Positions 40,575-48,931 of a DNA stretch of 64,000 nucleotides are shown here, one piece after another. A program made the position numbers and the translations under genes. Source of the DNA: a virus (taxonomy: Duplodnaviria > Caudoviricetes); the IMG/VR virus record IMGVR_UViG_3300031993_000041, positions 1 through 64,000 of that record. One strand, 5' to 3'. Below the pieces are notes generated by a model. The model ran no database searches and was not told the DNA's origin. It saw only the letters and a program-made list of their open reading frames with translations. Each line of letters begins with the position of its first letter. Within the stretch, counting starts at the first letter, position 1.

Positions 40575-41279
40575 ATGCTTACGATTAACAATAAACAGGA
40601 AAATAAGACACTTCACGGACAAGGGACTTATTCGCTTACATTGTCATTATTCGACCAGTACAAAATGTTTACTGTACATGGCAATAACGGTAATACTCTG
40701 AAGCTTGGCAGCACAGGTACGATGTTCCTTCATTTCATAGACGATAAAGACGATATAGCCATAGAAGAATGTAAAGACGTTTCCGGATACGACAAATCGG
40801 CAGGGGAAGTTGTTTTCTTTATCTCTGCGGATAACGCGAAGAAAATCAGGAAAATGAATACCCAATCCTATCACATAACCAGCAGATATGTTGACAACAA
40901 TGCAAAATCTGCTGAAACAGAACTCTTTACTGGCAAGTTCAAGTCATCAGACTCGAATGAAAGCGATACGGCTTCGTATATCAATATGCTTAATGACGAG
41001 ATAAAAGAGAAAAACGCTTTAATATCTGCAGACAACGAGGAGCTTGAAAAGTTGAGACAGCAGGTCTCAGAACTTACTGAAGAAAATGAGAAGCTCAAGG
41101 CCAATGTGCTTTCGATGTCGACCGAACTGTCGTCATATAAAGAAAACTCTGACAGCGTCATTAAAAGCATAGAGCTTTCCGACTATATCCACGCTCTTGC
41201 GGTTAAAGGTAAAAACCAGAAGCTTAATGAAACACAGATGTCCAATATAGCGAACTCAATGTTTGCAAAAAACATATAA
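40575..41279 (+). CDS. Hypothetical protein with C-terminal coiled coil
   Basis: 234-aa ORF in operon. Confidence 0.6.
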   Translation: MLTINNKQENKTLHGQGTYSLTLSLFDQYKMFTVHGNNGNTLKLGSTGTMFLHFIDDKDDIAIEECKDVSGYDKSAGEVVFFISADNAKKIRKMNTQSYHITSRYVDNNAKSAETELFTGKFKSSDSNESDTASYINMLNDEIKEKNALISADNEELEKLRQQVSELTEENEKLKANVLSMSTELSSYKENSDSVIKSIELSDYIHALAVKGKNQKLNETQMSNIANSMFAKNI

Positions 41280-41282
41280 GCT

Positions 41283-41759
41283 ATGGAATTCAAGGCAGTG
41301 AACTCAGAAGCAGAGATAAAGAAAATAGTTGAAGACTCAAAGCCTGACAAAGGAAAAGACACCGGTTTCTGGATGTTCGATGAAGATTTCAAGAAAGACC
41401 CAAATTCATACCTTAGCATAAACAAAAAGCCTTGGTACATTCTTTATGATAAAGTTATCGAGAACGACGAAATAGTCGGTATTGTCGCATACAGTCTTAA
41501 AAGGGAGAAAGACGCTCTCTTCATCCTTACGTTCCAAAAAGACAAAACGAAGAAATGCGATAATTTCGTGAGTAAGATAATGCCTCATTACAAAGAGCTC
41601 GCGAAGAAAAATAACAAGTCAAACATAGAACTTGTGGCATATAACAACGAGCTGAAGCAATACTACATAGACAAACATGGTTTCAGGGAAATCTTGAAAA
41701 CACCGGTAGACGAAAGTCTTATGACTTATTCTCAATTTAAGGACGTTTTTAGAAATTAG
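41283..41759 (+). CDS. GNAT-fold acetyltransferase-like protein
   Basis: IVGIVAYS, IEL.A.N..L..YY..HGF, matching GNAT beta4/alpha4 elements. Confidence 0.5.
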   Translation: MEFKAVNSEAEIKKIVEDSKPDKGKDTGFWMFDEDFKKDPNSYLSINKKPWYILYDKVIENDEIVGIVAYSLKREKDALFILTFQKDKTKKCDNFVSKIMPHYKELAKKNNKSNIELVAYNNELKQYYIDKHGFREILKTPVDESLMTYSQFKDVFRN

Positions 41760-41810
41760 AAGGCATTTTACCTTAAATCAGGAAAAAATGCCCCAGAATC
41801 AATAAAAACT

Positions 41811-42416
41811 CTATTTAAGCTTGGCTGGGTCGATATACTTGAAGCCATAATCTCTTTTCCTCATAGGTTCAAGCTGTTTGTCAAGAAATTCTATGGATTT
41901 CAGCATAATGTTTTTCTGATGTTCGCTGAAGAACCATCTTGAATCAACACATTTGTTATACCAGTCAATTATCTTCGTTCCTTTCTCTTCTGCCGTACTT
42001 GCCCAGTCAGCCATCATTTCATAAATGTACCTGTCAGGCATTTTCTCGCAATGTACTCCTACTGTATTATGGTCGTCAGTACTTTTTCCCCAATATTCGC
42101 AGTGATGTCTGTTTGTCTTTACATGTTTTCTTACGACAGCGTTTATCTCGTCAATATCTTCGTCTGACAGCTTATCGCCGTCGGCAAGCCTAAGGCATTG
42201 CTTTACAAGATTCTCTGGTTCAAGCTTGTCTAAATCGTGTTCTAAGACTTCTTTGTAATTGATGTCTTGCTCTGGAATAATGCCTGATTTGGCAAGCTGT
42301 GCGTAAAAATATATGACTCTCTCGATGTGGTCGTTGATTCTTTTAAGCATAATACCACTCTTAAGCTTGTCTTCATAAGATTCAATGATTTGCTTATTTG
42401 TATTTGTCGTTCCCAT
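41811..42416 (-). CDS. DUF5662 / HD-like phosphohydrolase
   Basis: H...V, EHDLDK, HVKTNRHH.EYW, MP..YI.EM.ADW. Confidence 0.75.
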   Translation of the reverse strand: MGTTNTNKQIIESYEDKLKSGIMLKRINDHIERVIYFYAQLAKSGIIPEQDINYKEVLEHDLDKLEPENLVKQCLRLADGDKLSDEDIDEINAVVRKHVKTNRHHCEYWGKSTDDHNTVGVHCEKMPDRYIYEMMADWASTAEEKGTKIIDWYNKCVDSRWFFSEHQKNIMLKSIEFLDKQLEPMRKRDYGFKYIDPAKLK

Positions 42417-42419
42417 AGT

Positions 42420-43037
42420 TTATGCAAAAAGACTGTTACACAAAGTCTGTTCGGAATCTTCAGGTATCATATTCGTATGTGATTTCATATACGTGCGGCA
42501 TAATGTCTTTATCGATGACGGGAGGTAATCTGTCATAAAGATTTTGATGTCAAACGAAAAGTAGCTGTAGATGAACGAGAGCGAGATTACGGGATTTATG
42601 TTGTGTGCTTTTTCGACAAGGTAGAAGAACATTTCTCTGAGGACTCCGTAAGTGACGGTAGCTGTGGAATCCGTCATATACGCATTGTATTGCTTTGACG
42701 ATGTAAGGATATTTTGGAGGTCTTTGTATACGTGCATGCCGTTTAGCCGGTCGAAGTCAGTGTCTTCTGTAATGATAGGCGCAATCTTCGCTGTCATATT
42801 CAGCTCTTTCTCATAAGTGCCGCCGGTAAACTTCCTTGTCCTTGACGTCTTGACCTTCTCATCTTTCGTCTTTTCATCGCTCTTCTTGCTTGCAAGCATG
42901 ACATTCTCATAAATTTCGTCACGGATTTTATCGTCGATTTCCGATACGTCCTGCCCGTTTTGTATACAGTCATCTATAATCTGCAGGTATCTGTCCTGCG
43001 ATATATAGTCAAATATGTTGATGTCTTCTTTTGTCAT
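42420..43037 (-). CDS. Hypothetical protein
   Basis: 205-aa ORF in series. Confidence 0.6.
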   Translation of the reverse strand: MTKEDINIFDYISQDRYLQIIDDCIQNGQDVSEIDDKIRDEIYENVMLASKKSDEKTKDEKVKTSRTRKFTGGTYEKELNMTAKIAPIITEDTDFDRLNGMHVYKDLQNILTSSKQYNAYMTDSTATVTYGVLREMFFYLVEKAHNINPVISLSFIYSYFSFDIKIFMTDYLPSSIKTLCRTYMKSHTNMIPEDSEQTLCNSLFA

Positions 43038-43039
43038 AA

Positions 43040-43864
43040 TTAAAACCTCCCGTATGTTAAGTTTCCGGAGTACGGAGAAAAAGTATATTCACAAAAATAA
43101 ATATGATTTCCGTCATAAAGAAAATCTATCCTTGCAAATTTAAGATAATTGCCTTGATATTTGGATAATATGTCAGCATATTTTTTCATTTCGGCAACAA
43201 TCTTCTCATCGCCAAGCGACATCTTTTTCATAATAGGCATTGAACCTATATAGTATTCAGTCTTCTTGTTGTCCCAAGTACCGTGGTATATATGGAGGAC
43301 ATGGTTTCTGTCAGCCTTCATTTGCAGGTCTACTGCCAGACATTTTCCGTCTTCGTAGAAAAACTGGTAGTCTATCATATTCCTGCCTATGACCTTCTGT
43401 ATAATCCAACCTCTGTCTATTTTGTCATATTGCCATTCCCACCCGGATATGCAGGCATAGTTAAGCGTAAGGCATTCATTTACGTTTTCTATGATTTTTC
43501 GCAGCTTGTCTTCATTGTCATCAGGCCTGAAAATCCAATTCCAACCAGAGGCATGTCCGCATTTTATGATGTATTCGCCAATAGGAAGATTCCTCAAATC
43601 CTCCATAAGCAAAGGACGCCTGCCCATAGATACAGTAGGTATAAGCAGGTTCATCAGTCCTGCCTGCTTCAATATCGTCGGAGCATTCAGCTTGTCGCTC
43701 AGGAACGGTTTGTATTCAGACATATCGTCAAGCTTGTACGCTATCACCCTTTCAGGGAATTTGTTTTTGTCGAGCTTGTAGTAGTCTATGCCGTTCCTCA
43801 TTAGCCATTCGACTCCGTATTTGAATTTATCTTTTGCCGTAAGGCATTCGTCATAAGATGTCAT
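43040..43864 (-). CDS. TupA-like ATP-grasp protein
   Basis: LSDKL, YIIKCGHASGWN, IDYQFF, ARIDFL, IYFCEYTFSPYSG. Confidence 0.75.
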   Translation of the reverse strand: MTSYDECLTAKDKFKYGVEWLMRNGIDYYKLDKNKFPERVIAYKLDDMSEYKPFLSDKLNAPTILKQAGLMNLLIPTVSMGRRPLLMEDLRNLPIGEYIIKCGHASGWNWIFRPDDNEDKLRKIIENVNECLTLNYACISGWEWQYDKIDRGWIIQKVIGRNMIDYQFFYEDGKCLAVDLQMKADRNHVLHIYHGTWDNKKTEYYIGSMPIMKKMSLGDEKIVAEMKKYADILSKYQGNYLKFARIDFLYDGNHIYFCEYTFSPYSGNLTYGRF

Positions 43865-44244
43865 TTCTTTTTATTTTTAATTTGAGCTTCTTCGAAGCTG
43901 CCAACACATTCATTATATTTTTCAGGTGCTATGACTTTAAGGAATTCTATATCCCTGTAGCCGGTCTCGAACACGTTTATAAGGTCTTTCCTTTCTCCCC
44001 AGTTAACAGTGTCGCCTGTAAACTTAAGATACTCAGGCATTTTCGTACCAGACATCAGAAGTATCGCGAATACGTCAGCAGCGGCTTTCGCAGGCGTATT
44101 GAATTTATTAAGTTCATTCGCGATGTCAGGATAATTGCAGGCGGCATATCTGCGGACATACTGCATCCCTGCAATCTTGTCTTGCTCTGAAAGCCCTATG
44201 CCCTTGCCCCTGTAAAATGTCTGTAAAATCTCATATATCGTCAT
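43861..44244 (-). CDS. Hypothetical protein
   Basis: 127-aa ORF coupled to neighbours. Confidence 0.55.
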   Translation of the reverse strand: MTIYEILQTFYRGKGIGLSEQDKIAGMQYVRRYAACNYPDIANELNKFNTPAKAAADVFAILLMSGTKMPEYLKFTGDTVNWGERKDLINVFETGYRDIEFLKVIAPEKYNECVGSFEEAQIKNKKK

Positions 44245-44256
44245 AATTCAAAATGT

Positions 44257-44718
44257 TTAGAAACCTTCTTTCCATTTAATAGCGTCATACCTGTTTTTCA
44301 CGGCATAGGCGAAACTGTCTATCGTCTTGACACAGTCACCAAGGAACGCAATATATCTTTCGTACAGGTCAACAAGCTCTTTCTCGTCTTTGAGCCTGTT
44401 GTCAAGCTGTTTGTTCCTTTCTGTCGGAGAAAGCTTTATATCCGCGGAAAAAATGAGCTTCTTATATTCTTTCTCATATTTTTCATCGAGCTCCGACCCT
44501 GCCTTGAACAAAAGTCCCTTAATAGTGAATACCTCTGATACGATTCTTTCACGGTATGAAAGCGCTGTTGCCTCCGCTATGTTCAGCTGGTCAAGCCTGT
44601 CTGATTTCAGTTTGTCTATGACATTGCCGCTTATCTGGTCAAGCCAGTCATTCTTGCGCTTCTCTATTTTCTCAATAAGCAAGGCATTCTTTGATTTCTG
44701 TTCATCAGCCATAATCAA
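44257..44718 (-). CDS. uvsY: UvsY-like recombination mediator
   Basis: Helical protein ending YIAFL.DCVKTIDSFAYAVKNRYD, the UvsY C-terminal pattern. Confidence 0.6.
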   Translation of the reverse strand: MIMADEQKSKNALLIEKIEKRKNDWLDQISGNVIDKLKSDRLDQLNIAEATALSYRERIVSEVFTIKGLLFKAGSELDEKYEKEYKKLIFSADIKLSPTERNKQLDNRLKDEKELVDLYERYIAFLGDCVKTIDSFAYAVKNRYDAIKWKEGF

Positions 44719-45662
44719 CTAATCATTAAATAATCCATAACAATTTTTAGATTCTCCTCCATGAACAGCATCAGCTGCTCGCGAGTATGGAAAGCAAGCA
44801 AATGGTATTCGTTATTTTCGCAGTATATGCCATATACTTTGTTCTTTGTCTTGTATATGACAAACTTGTCTATATTTGAATCTTTCCATTCATCATCCGT
44901 TACGACGCCCCCGAAACGTTTGTCATTCGCCATAATCTGCGTAATCAGTGCGAACGCCCTCGACGACTTGGCATATTTCTTTTCTGAAAAAACATAATGT
45001 TTCTTGTCCACGGATTCGGCTTTCCTGTAGTCTCCGTCGCAGGTTATCCAGTATCCAGAGACTGTCTTGCTGTCATCTTTCATAAACGGCAATTTGTCAA
45101 GGCTTATAAGCTTGCCTTCTTTCTTATCCCATTTGAACCCGCTTTTTTCGATGTCCTTGTTCAGAAGTTCTATTTCCTGATATGTCGCAGGGCGGCAGTT
45201 GTTATAGATGACGCTTGCCTGGGTTTCATGCTCTCCGTTATCATACAGCACATACAAGCAATTAAGGACCGTAAACTTATAGCTGTCATTCGCATTTTCA
45301 AAGATAAGCAGGTCTCCGTCATTACGAAGAACGTCTCCATACTTTGCATCTTTCACGACATCCCATAACCTGAATTCCTGTATTTCATCCTTCGTGAAGC
45401 AAAACTTGTTGTCATTAAAGTCGACTATAATATAGCTGTCGTACTCAGTGATAGCCTTAACGATTCCGGTCCGGTCGCTGAACCATTTATTTTTAGACGT
45501 TGACCTCACATAGTCGCCTATTTTAAAAAGCGGTTCGCTGATTTCAGGTATTTCTTCTTCAGGTTTCCCTGCCGTTGTATCTGAATCAGAAGACTTATAC
45601 CTATTGACAGGTGTGATTATATACTCTTCTCCGTCAATAGTTATCTTTTTTAATTCTCCCAT
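44715..45662 (-). CDS. Hypothetical multidomain protein; C-terminal domain paralogous to 46388..46954
   Basis: FKIGDYV (KOW/SH3-like); C-terminal ANDKRFGG.VTD.EW...LAFHT.EQ...LMI. Confidence 0.65.
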   Translation of the reverse strand: MGELKKITIDGEEYIITPVNRYKSSDSDTTAGKPEEEIPEISEPLFKIGDYVRSTSKNKWFSDRTGIVKAITEYDSYIIVDFNDNKFCFTKDEIQEFRLWDVVKDAKYGDVLRNDGDLLIFENANDSYKFTVLNCLYVLYDNGEHETQASVIYNNCRPATYQEIELLNKDIEKSGFKWDKKEGKLISLDKLPFMKDDSKTVSGYWITCDGDYRKAESVDKKHYVFSEKKYAKSSRAFALITQIMANDKRFGGVVTDDEWKDSNIDKFVIYKTKNKVYGIYCENNEYHLLAFHTREQLMLFMEENLKIVMDYLMIS

Positions 45663-45731
45663 TGTAAATTTGATTTTTATATATAAAAAACAACGGGACT
45701 AAGTCAAATTTCGGCCACGTCGCAAAAATCT

Positions 45732-46310
45732 TTAAAATTTTTCTATGATTGCCGTCAGGAATCCAACCATAAGCCCTGACAACGATATAAGTTCGATGTA
45801 ATATACCATGTGTTCGTCTCCGCTCCGCTTGCATTGTATAACCGTAAAAATATCGAATCCAGCGATTATTACGAGCAGAGCGACTATATTCCAGCTGAAG
45901 AAGCAGACTGCAAGTCCGAGAAGCCCTAAGGTTATCGCGCTGACTGCCCCTATCATGTGCGGTATCAGGAATTTATTCCCGGAATTAACGCTTGGATTTA
46001 CGGTCATCACTGTAAACATTACGCCGACTATCACATACAAAGCGCTCTGGCCTATGCAGATTATCGAAAATATGCTTGAATACATAAACATCTGAAACAA
46101 CCATCTGACATCAATCATATAGTAGGTCTGACTGATTGACGGAGGAAGAATTTTAATTTTCCTGTTGTCCTTGCCTATATCATTGATATGCCACAATGTA
46201 TACATGTTATACACTATGAACCAGAAGACTCCATAGATGAGACTGACGACCGCCACAGGCATGTTGTATTCAAAAGGCGAATAACGCAAAAAATCAAGAA
46301 CTGTTTCCAT
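45732..46310 (-). CDS. Integral membrane protein (about 5 TM)
   Basis: Multiple hydrophobic segments; PPSISQTYY, H..GA. Confidence 0.7.
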   Translation of the reverse strand: METVLDFLRYSPFEYNMPVAVVSLIYGVFWFIVYNMYTLWHINDIGKDNRKIKILPPSISQTYYMIDVRWLFQMFMYSSIFSIICIGQSALYVIVGVMFTVMTVNPSVNSGNKFLIPHMIGAVSAITLGLLGLAVCFFSWNIVALLVIIAGFDIFTVIQCKRSGDEHMVYYIELISLSGLMVGFLTAIIEKF

Positions 46311-46387
46311 TGTCTTAAAAATTAAAAGGTTTCACTGTCTATTTATGCCAGACAATGAAACCTTCCAACCAACAAACTTAAAACATC

Positions 46388-46954
46388 CTAAATCATAAGG
46401 AATTTATTCACGAGCGAATAATATTCGTTATAGAATAAAGAGCGCTGCTCTTTTGTATGGAATGCCAGAAAATAATACTCCGAATACTCAGTTTCCAAAA
46501 TGAATTGGCAGCTTGTACGTTTTATGACATATTTAGGCATATCTGAATCAGCCCATTCAACATCAGTCACAAAGCCACCGAAACGTTTGTCATTTGCGAT
46601 AATCTGCGAAATCTGCGCCATCGCTACTGCAGAACATGCTAATTCTCTATTTGCGAACGTAAAATGGCTGTTTGGATTATTGAAAGTGTCACACTTAACG
46701 GATTCTTCGATAGACTCGCAACGTTTGTAATCTACATAAAATCCAAGGAAACTGTTATCCTTATTATCAGACCATCTTTCTTTTTTCCTGATGACAATAT
46801 TATTAAGGCTTGATTCCTTATCAACTTCGTATCCGTCGGGAATGTTCGCCTCAATATATTCATTAAGCTTAGCTTCGAGTTCTTTCGAAATCTTCGAGCA
46901 TAAACGCTGTATCTGAAGGTCTTCCGTTATGCTGTTTTTATTTTCTACGTCCAT
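46388..46954 (-). CDS. Hypothetical protein, paralogue of the 44715..45662 C-terminal domain
   Basis: A.AMAQISQIIANDKRFGGFVTDVEW...YFLAFHTKEQ...FLMI. Confidence 0.7.
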   Translation of the reverse strand: MDVENKNSITEDLQIQRLCSKISKELEAKLNEYIEANIPDGYEVDKESSLNNIVIRKKERWSDNKDNSFLGFYVDYKRCESIEESVKCDTFNNPNSHFTFANRELACSAVAMAQISQIIANDKRFGGFVTDVEWADSDMPKYVIKRTSCQFILETEYSEYYFLAFHTKEQRSLFYNEYYSLVNKFLMI

Positions 46955-46983
46955 ATTTTATTTTTATATTTATACATCTTAAA

Positions 46984-47295
46984 AAGAAACATCTGAAACA
47001 GAAACCGCCACCGAGAATAATAGAGATGTTTTTATTGGTTTCTTCATCCGACAGCTTGCCGTATTCATTCTCATACCGACATAGCCAGTCGTCAGATGTT
47101 TCTTGCCGTGACAACCACCGGCTGTGGTATCGTCGCTCTAAATGGGACACGGATATATTTTCCCGAAAAGACACCGGCGATGGTGAAGTCGTTCGCAGTA
47201 CTATACGACAGTAAATGCTGCCGGTTTATTTCAGGCATACGGTACGACTCAGACCTTAATGCCTTACACGCAGATATGTATCATTTCAACCTGCC
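46984..47295 (-). ncRNA. Unclassified structured RNA downstream of tRNA-Gln
   Basis: Perfect 13-bp helix AAGAAACATCTGA/TCAGATGTTTCTT plus AGGCAT/ATGCCT, CCGGC/GCCGG, GTCGT/ACGAC, CCGTG/CACGG and ACCAC/GTGGT helices. Confidence 0.45.
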
Positions 47296-47298
47296 TTG

Positions 47299-47371
47299 CT
47301 GTCGCTCAAGGTCTCGAACCTTGACATTCCTGGTCCAGAGCCAGGCGTGTTACCAATTACACCAAGCGACA
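47299..47371 (-). tRNA. tRNA-Gln(CTG)
   Basis: TGTCGCT/AGCGACA acceptor, CCTGG-CTCTGGA-CCAGG anticodon arm, CAAGG-TTCGAGA-CCTTG; no encoded CCA. Confidence 0.95.
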
Positions 47372-47406
47372 ATGAAAAGATTATATCTTATTTCAATGCT
47401 CTCTTC

Positions 47407-47463
47407 AAAAATTCAGTCTTAAATATCCGCCTCACGGCAGGTGAACTTGGCTGAATGTTCTTT
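47407..47463 (-). ncRNA. Small structured RNA motif, copy A (copy B at 51502-51560)
   Basis: AAGAACA-P1-RAGTTCA-CC(T)GCC-GTGA-GGCGG-ATATTTAA-P1'-U-tract; covaries with copy B. Confidence 0.65.
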
Positions 47464-47559
47464 CAAGTAGAATTATCTCAAGAATCAATCAAAAATCTTA
47501 TATAAAAAACAACATTTTACAGAAAATCCTGTAAGAAATCCAAAATATTTTCATACTTG

Positions 47560-47633
47560 TGTGTCAGGCTGGATTCGAACCAGCGACTGCCGGCTCCACA
47601 AACCGGTGCTCTGCCAACTGAACTACTGACACC
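47560..47633 (-). tRNA. tRNA-His(GTG), encoded G-1 opposite A73
   Basis: G-GTGTCAG/CTGACAC-A, CCGGT-TTGTGGA-GCCGG, GCTGG-TTCGAAT-CCAGC. Confidence 0.92.
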
Positions 47634-47639
47634 ATGTAG

Positions 47640-47715
47640 TGGGCCCAGCTGGGCTTGAACCAGCGACCACTTGATTATGAGTCAAGCGCTCTAACCTATA
47701 CTGAGCTATAGGCCC
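47640..47715 (-). tRNA. tRNA-CAT, probably Ile2 (lysidine type)
   Basis: GGGCCTA/TGGGCCC-A, CTTGA-CTCATAA-TCAAG; the body resembles Ile2 rather than elongator Met (inference). Confidence 0.85.
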
Positions 47716-47803
47716 GAATTGCCGTCGAAGGATTTTACATCTGACTACCGTCAGACACTGGGCTGAGCGACCTTTCCCATTGTACCCGGAATACAAGTCT
47801 GTG

Positions 47804-47889
47804 CGGAGAAAGCAGGACTTGAACCTGCACGCCTTACGGCTACTGGAGGTTTAGCAAACCTCTTCCTTACCAATTAGGATTATTTCTCC
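47804..47889 (-). tRNA. tRNA-Ser(GCT)
   Basis: GGAGAAA/TTTCTCC-G, GAGGT-TTGCTAA-ACCTC, long variable arm. Confidence 0.95.
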
Positions 47890-48021
47890 ATGAAGATTTT
47901 ATTAAACAATACCGCTTCACGTACGGCAGTTGCAGTTCTAATTAAGAACCCGACGGAATTCCGTGACGATGCGAACATCCGAATTCTCTCAAAGCCTTTC
48001 GCACAGGCTGTTGAGGTATCG

Positions 48022-48095
48022 CGGGGGTGGGAGGATTCGAACCTACGGCCTAATGATTAACAGTCATTCGCTCTAACCTGCTGAGCTACACCTCC
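48022..48095 (-). tRNA. tRNA-Asn(GTT)
   Basis: AATGA-CTGTTAA-TCATT; one mismatch each in the acceptor and T stems. Confidence 0.9.
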
Positions 48096-48110
48096 TTATA
48101 TTTGTTTTTG

Positions 48111-48192
48111 TAGGATTGAAGAGAATCGAACTCTTACGCCTTGCGGTACCAGGTCCTTAGCCTGGCGCGTCTACCAGTTCCGCCACAATCCC
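48111..48192 (-). tRNA. tRNA-Leu(AAG)
   Basis: GGGATTG/CAATCCT-A, CCAGG-CTAAGGA-CCTGG, class II variable arm, AAGAG-TTCGATT-CTCTT. Confidence 0.93.
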
Positions 48193-48275
48193 ATGTAACG
48201 GCGCTTTTATTATTTTCTCATGCAGATTCGCCGAAATCTATAACTGCATTCAGCAAGGCGCTACCTTGTCATTCG

Positions 48276-48350
48276 TCGTGATAGATGGATTCGAACCACC
48301 GACCTTCTCGTTATCAGCGAGATGCTCTAAACCACCTGAGCTACATCACG
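48276..48350 (-). tRNA. tRNA-Ile(GAT)
   Basis: CGTGATG/TATCACG-A, TCTCG-CTGATAA-CGAGA. Confidence 0.95.
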
Positions 48351-48363
48351 GTATCCAATATAG

Positions 48364-48438
48364 TTGCGAGGATGGGACTTGAACCCATGACCTTCGGTTT
48401 ATGAGACCGACGAGCACTCCATCTGCTACCACCTCGCT
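48364..48438 (-). tRNA. Initiator-type tRNA-fMet(CAT)
   Basis: Unpaired 1:72 (A:A), A73, TCGGT-CTCATAA-ACCGA; fMet-like body. Confidence 0.88.
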
Positions 48439-48604
48439 GTGAACTACCACAAACTAAAGATTTGCTGGCTTCTTGCTTCACAGCCGTTGCTTTGACTAAT
48501 GTCAAAGTCTTACATCAGCTCCACAAGTGTACTCGACAGTCCCTGCCGAGGTTTTATACTCTTATTAACTGAGTTTACTTTTAGGTTTTACTTGTACAAG
48601 ATTT

Positions 48605-48633
48605 ATAGTACAAAACAATTACCAATTTGTCAA
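48605..48633 (-). promoter_or_regulatory. Sigma70-like promoter TTGACA-17nt-TACTAT upstream of the fMet-His tRNA block
   Basis: Exact TTGACA, 17-nt spacer and TACTAT, overlapping TATAAAT. Confidence 0.5.
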
Positions 48634-48741
48634 TGTACTTTTATTATTTATATATGAAAATATATTATTTTTCGAAAATACACGCAATTCTTCCAAGAAG
48701 CTAAATATTTTTGGTTTTCTCGCTAAAAATTATATAAAATG

Positions 48742-48766
48742 ACAGGATTCTTTAGCAAGACCTGTC
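48742..48766 (-). terminator. Putative terminator hairpin
   Basis: GACAGG...CCTGTC inverted repeat followed by ATTTT on the minus strand. Confidence 0.45.
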
Positions 48767-48931
48767 AGCTTGCCCGGCAAACGTTCCGGCTGCAATTTCT
48801 TACAGATTTTCGATTTCCTGCTACATACGCCTCACAGGAATTATTTCACCAACAGTTTCTATAAAATAAGATGTTCATTATGGCAAATTAAACATCTGTG
48901 TTACTCCCGGCGCCGGTTTTACACTCATACT

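Noticed and set aside
47716-47800. Twister or ZTP-like motif in the Ser-Ile2 spacer (three hairpins, GGTCGCTCAGCCC)
   Set aside because: The hairpins are real (TTGTA/TACAA, TCTGAC/GTCAGA), but the required pseudoknot partners and conserved residues could not be found.
48463-48520. Hammerhead ribozyme (CTGATG core)
   Set aside because: The core reads CTGATGT rather than CTGATGA and no GAAA follows the stem; a similar failure occurs at 49470 and 52675.
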